Origin: Dicyema japonicum
Lineage: Eukaryota; Animalia; Dicyemida
Assembly: GCA_011109175.1 (NCBI GenBank)
Contig: RDEW01000009.1
Coordinates: forward strand, 1,506,950 to 1,570,949
Direction: 5' to 3'
DNA length: 64,000 bases
Shown: positions 63,991 to 64,000 of the stretch, in pieces
Position numbering within the stretch: the stretch's first letter is position 1
Layout of the letters: every line of letters starts with the position of its first letter
Translations under genes and position numbers: made by a program
Notes under the pieces: generated by a model
Seen by the model: only the letters and a program-made list of their open reading frames with translations
What the model was told of the DNA's origin: nothing
Database searches by the model: none

Positions 63991-64000
63991 GTGCCCCTGC

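Overview
Eukaryotic, AT-rich nuclear DNA. Short islands of very compact protein-coding genes, with spliceosomal introns almost all 20-30 nt long, alternate with dense, nested transposon debris. Recognisable host genes: an ankyrin-repeat protein (possible N-terminal CH domain), cathepsin L, CMC1, Orai, AP-3 sigma, UFM1, SMG6, DNM1L/Drp1, a FAM149-like gene, FNTA, NTHL1, an IQCG/DRC9-like gene whose 3' half is decayed, and tRNA-Ser(TGA). The gene set (Orai, animal-type cathepsin L, two cilium-associated genes) plus ultrashort introns suggests a ciliated, genome-compacted animal parasite such as a dicyemid. This is inference; the species cannot be determined from the sequence. Mobile DNA: at least 17 3' ends of an APE-RT LINE group whose ORFs end in GIT* or close variants; RTE-clade, CRE-like and Penelope-like retroelement fragments; hAT, pogo/Tigger and Kolobok-like DNA elements. 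There is also a ~300-bp tRNA-derived SINE (about 9 copies) with a conserved hairpin core and a 3' end shared with an RTE LINE in the same window. Retroelements are strongly biased to the minus strand. Many single-base homopolymer indels break otherwise intact genes, which points to assembly error. All calls come from manual reading and motif recall; no searches were run, and boundaries of degenerate elements are approximate.
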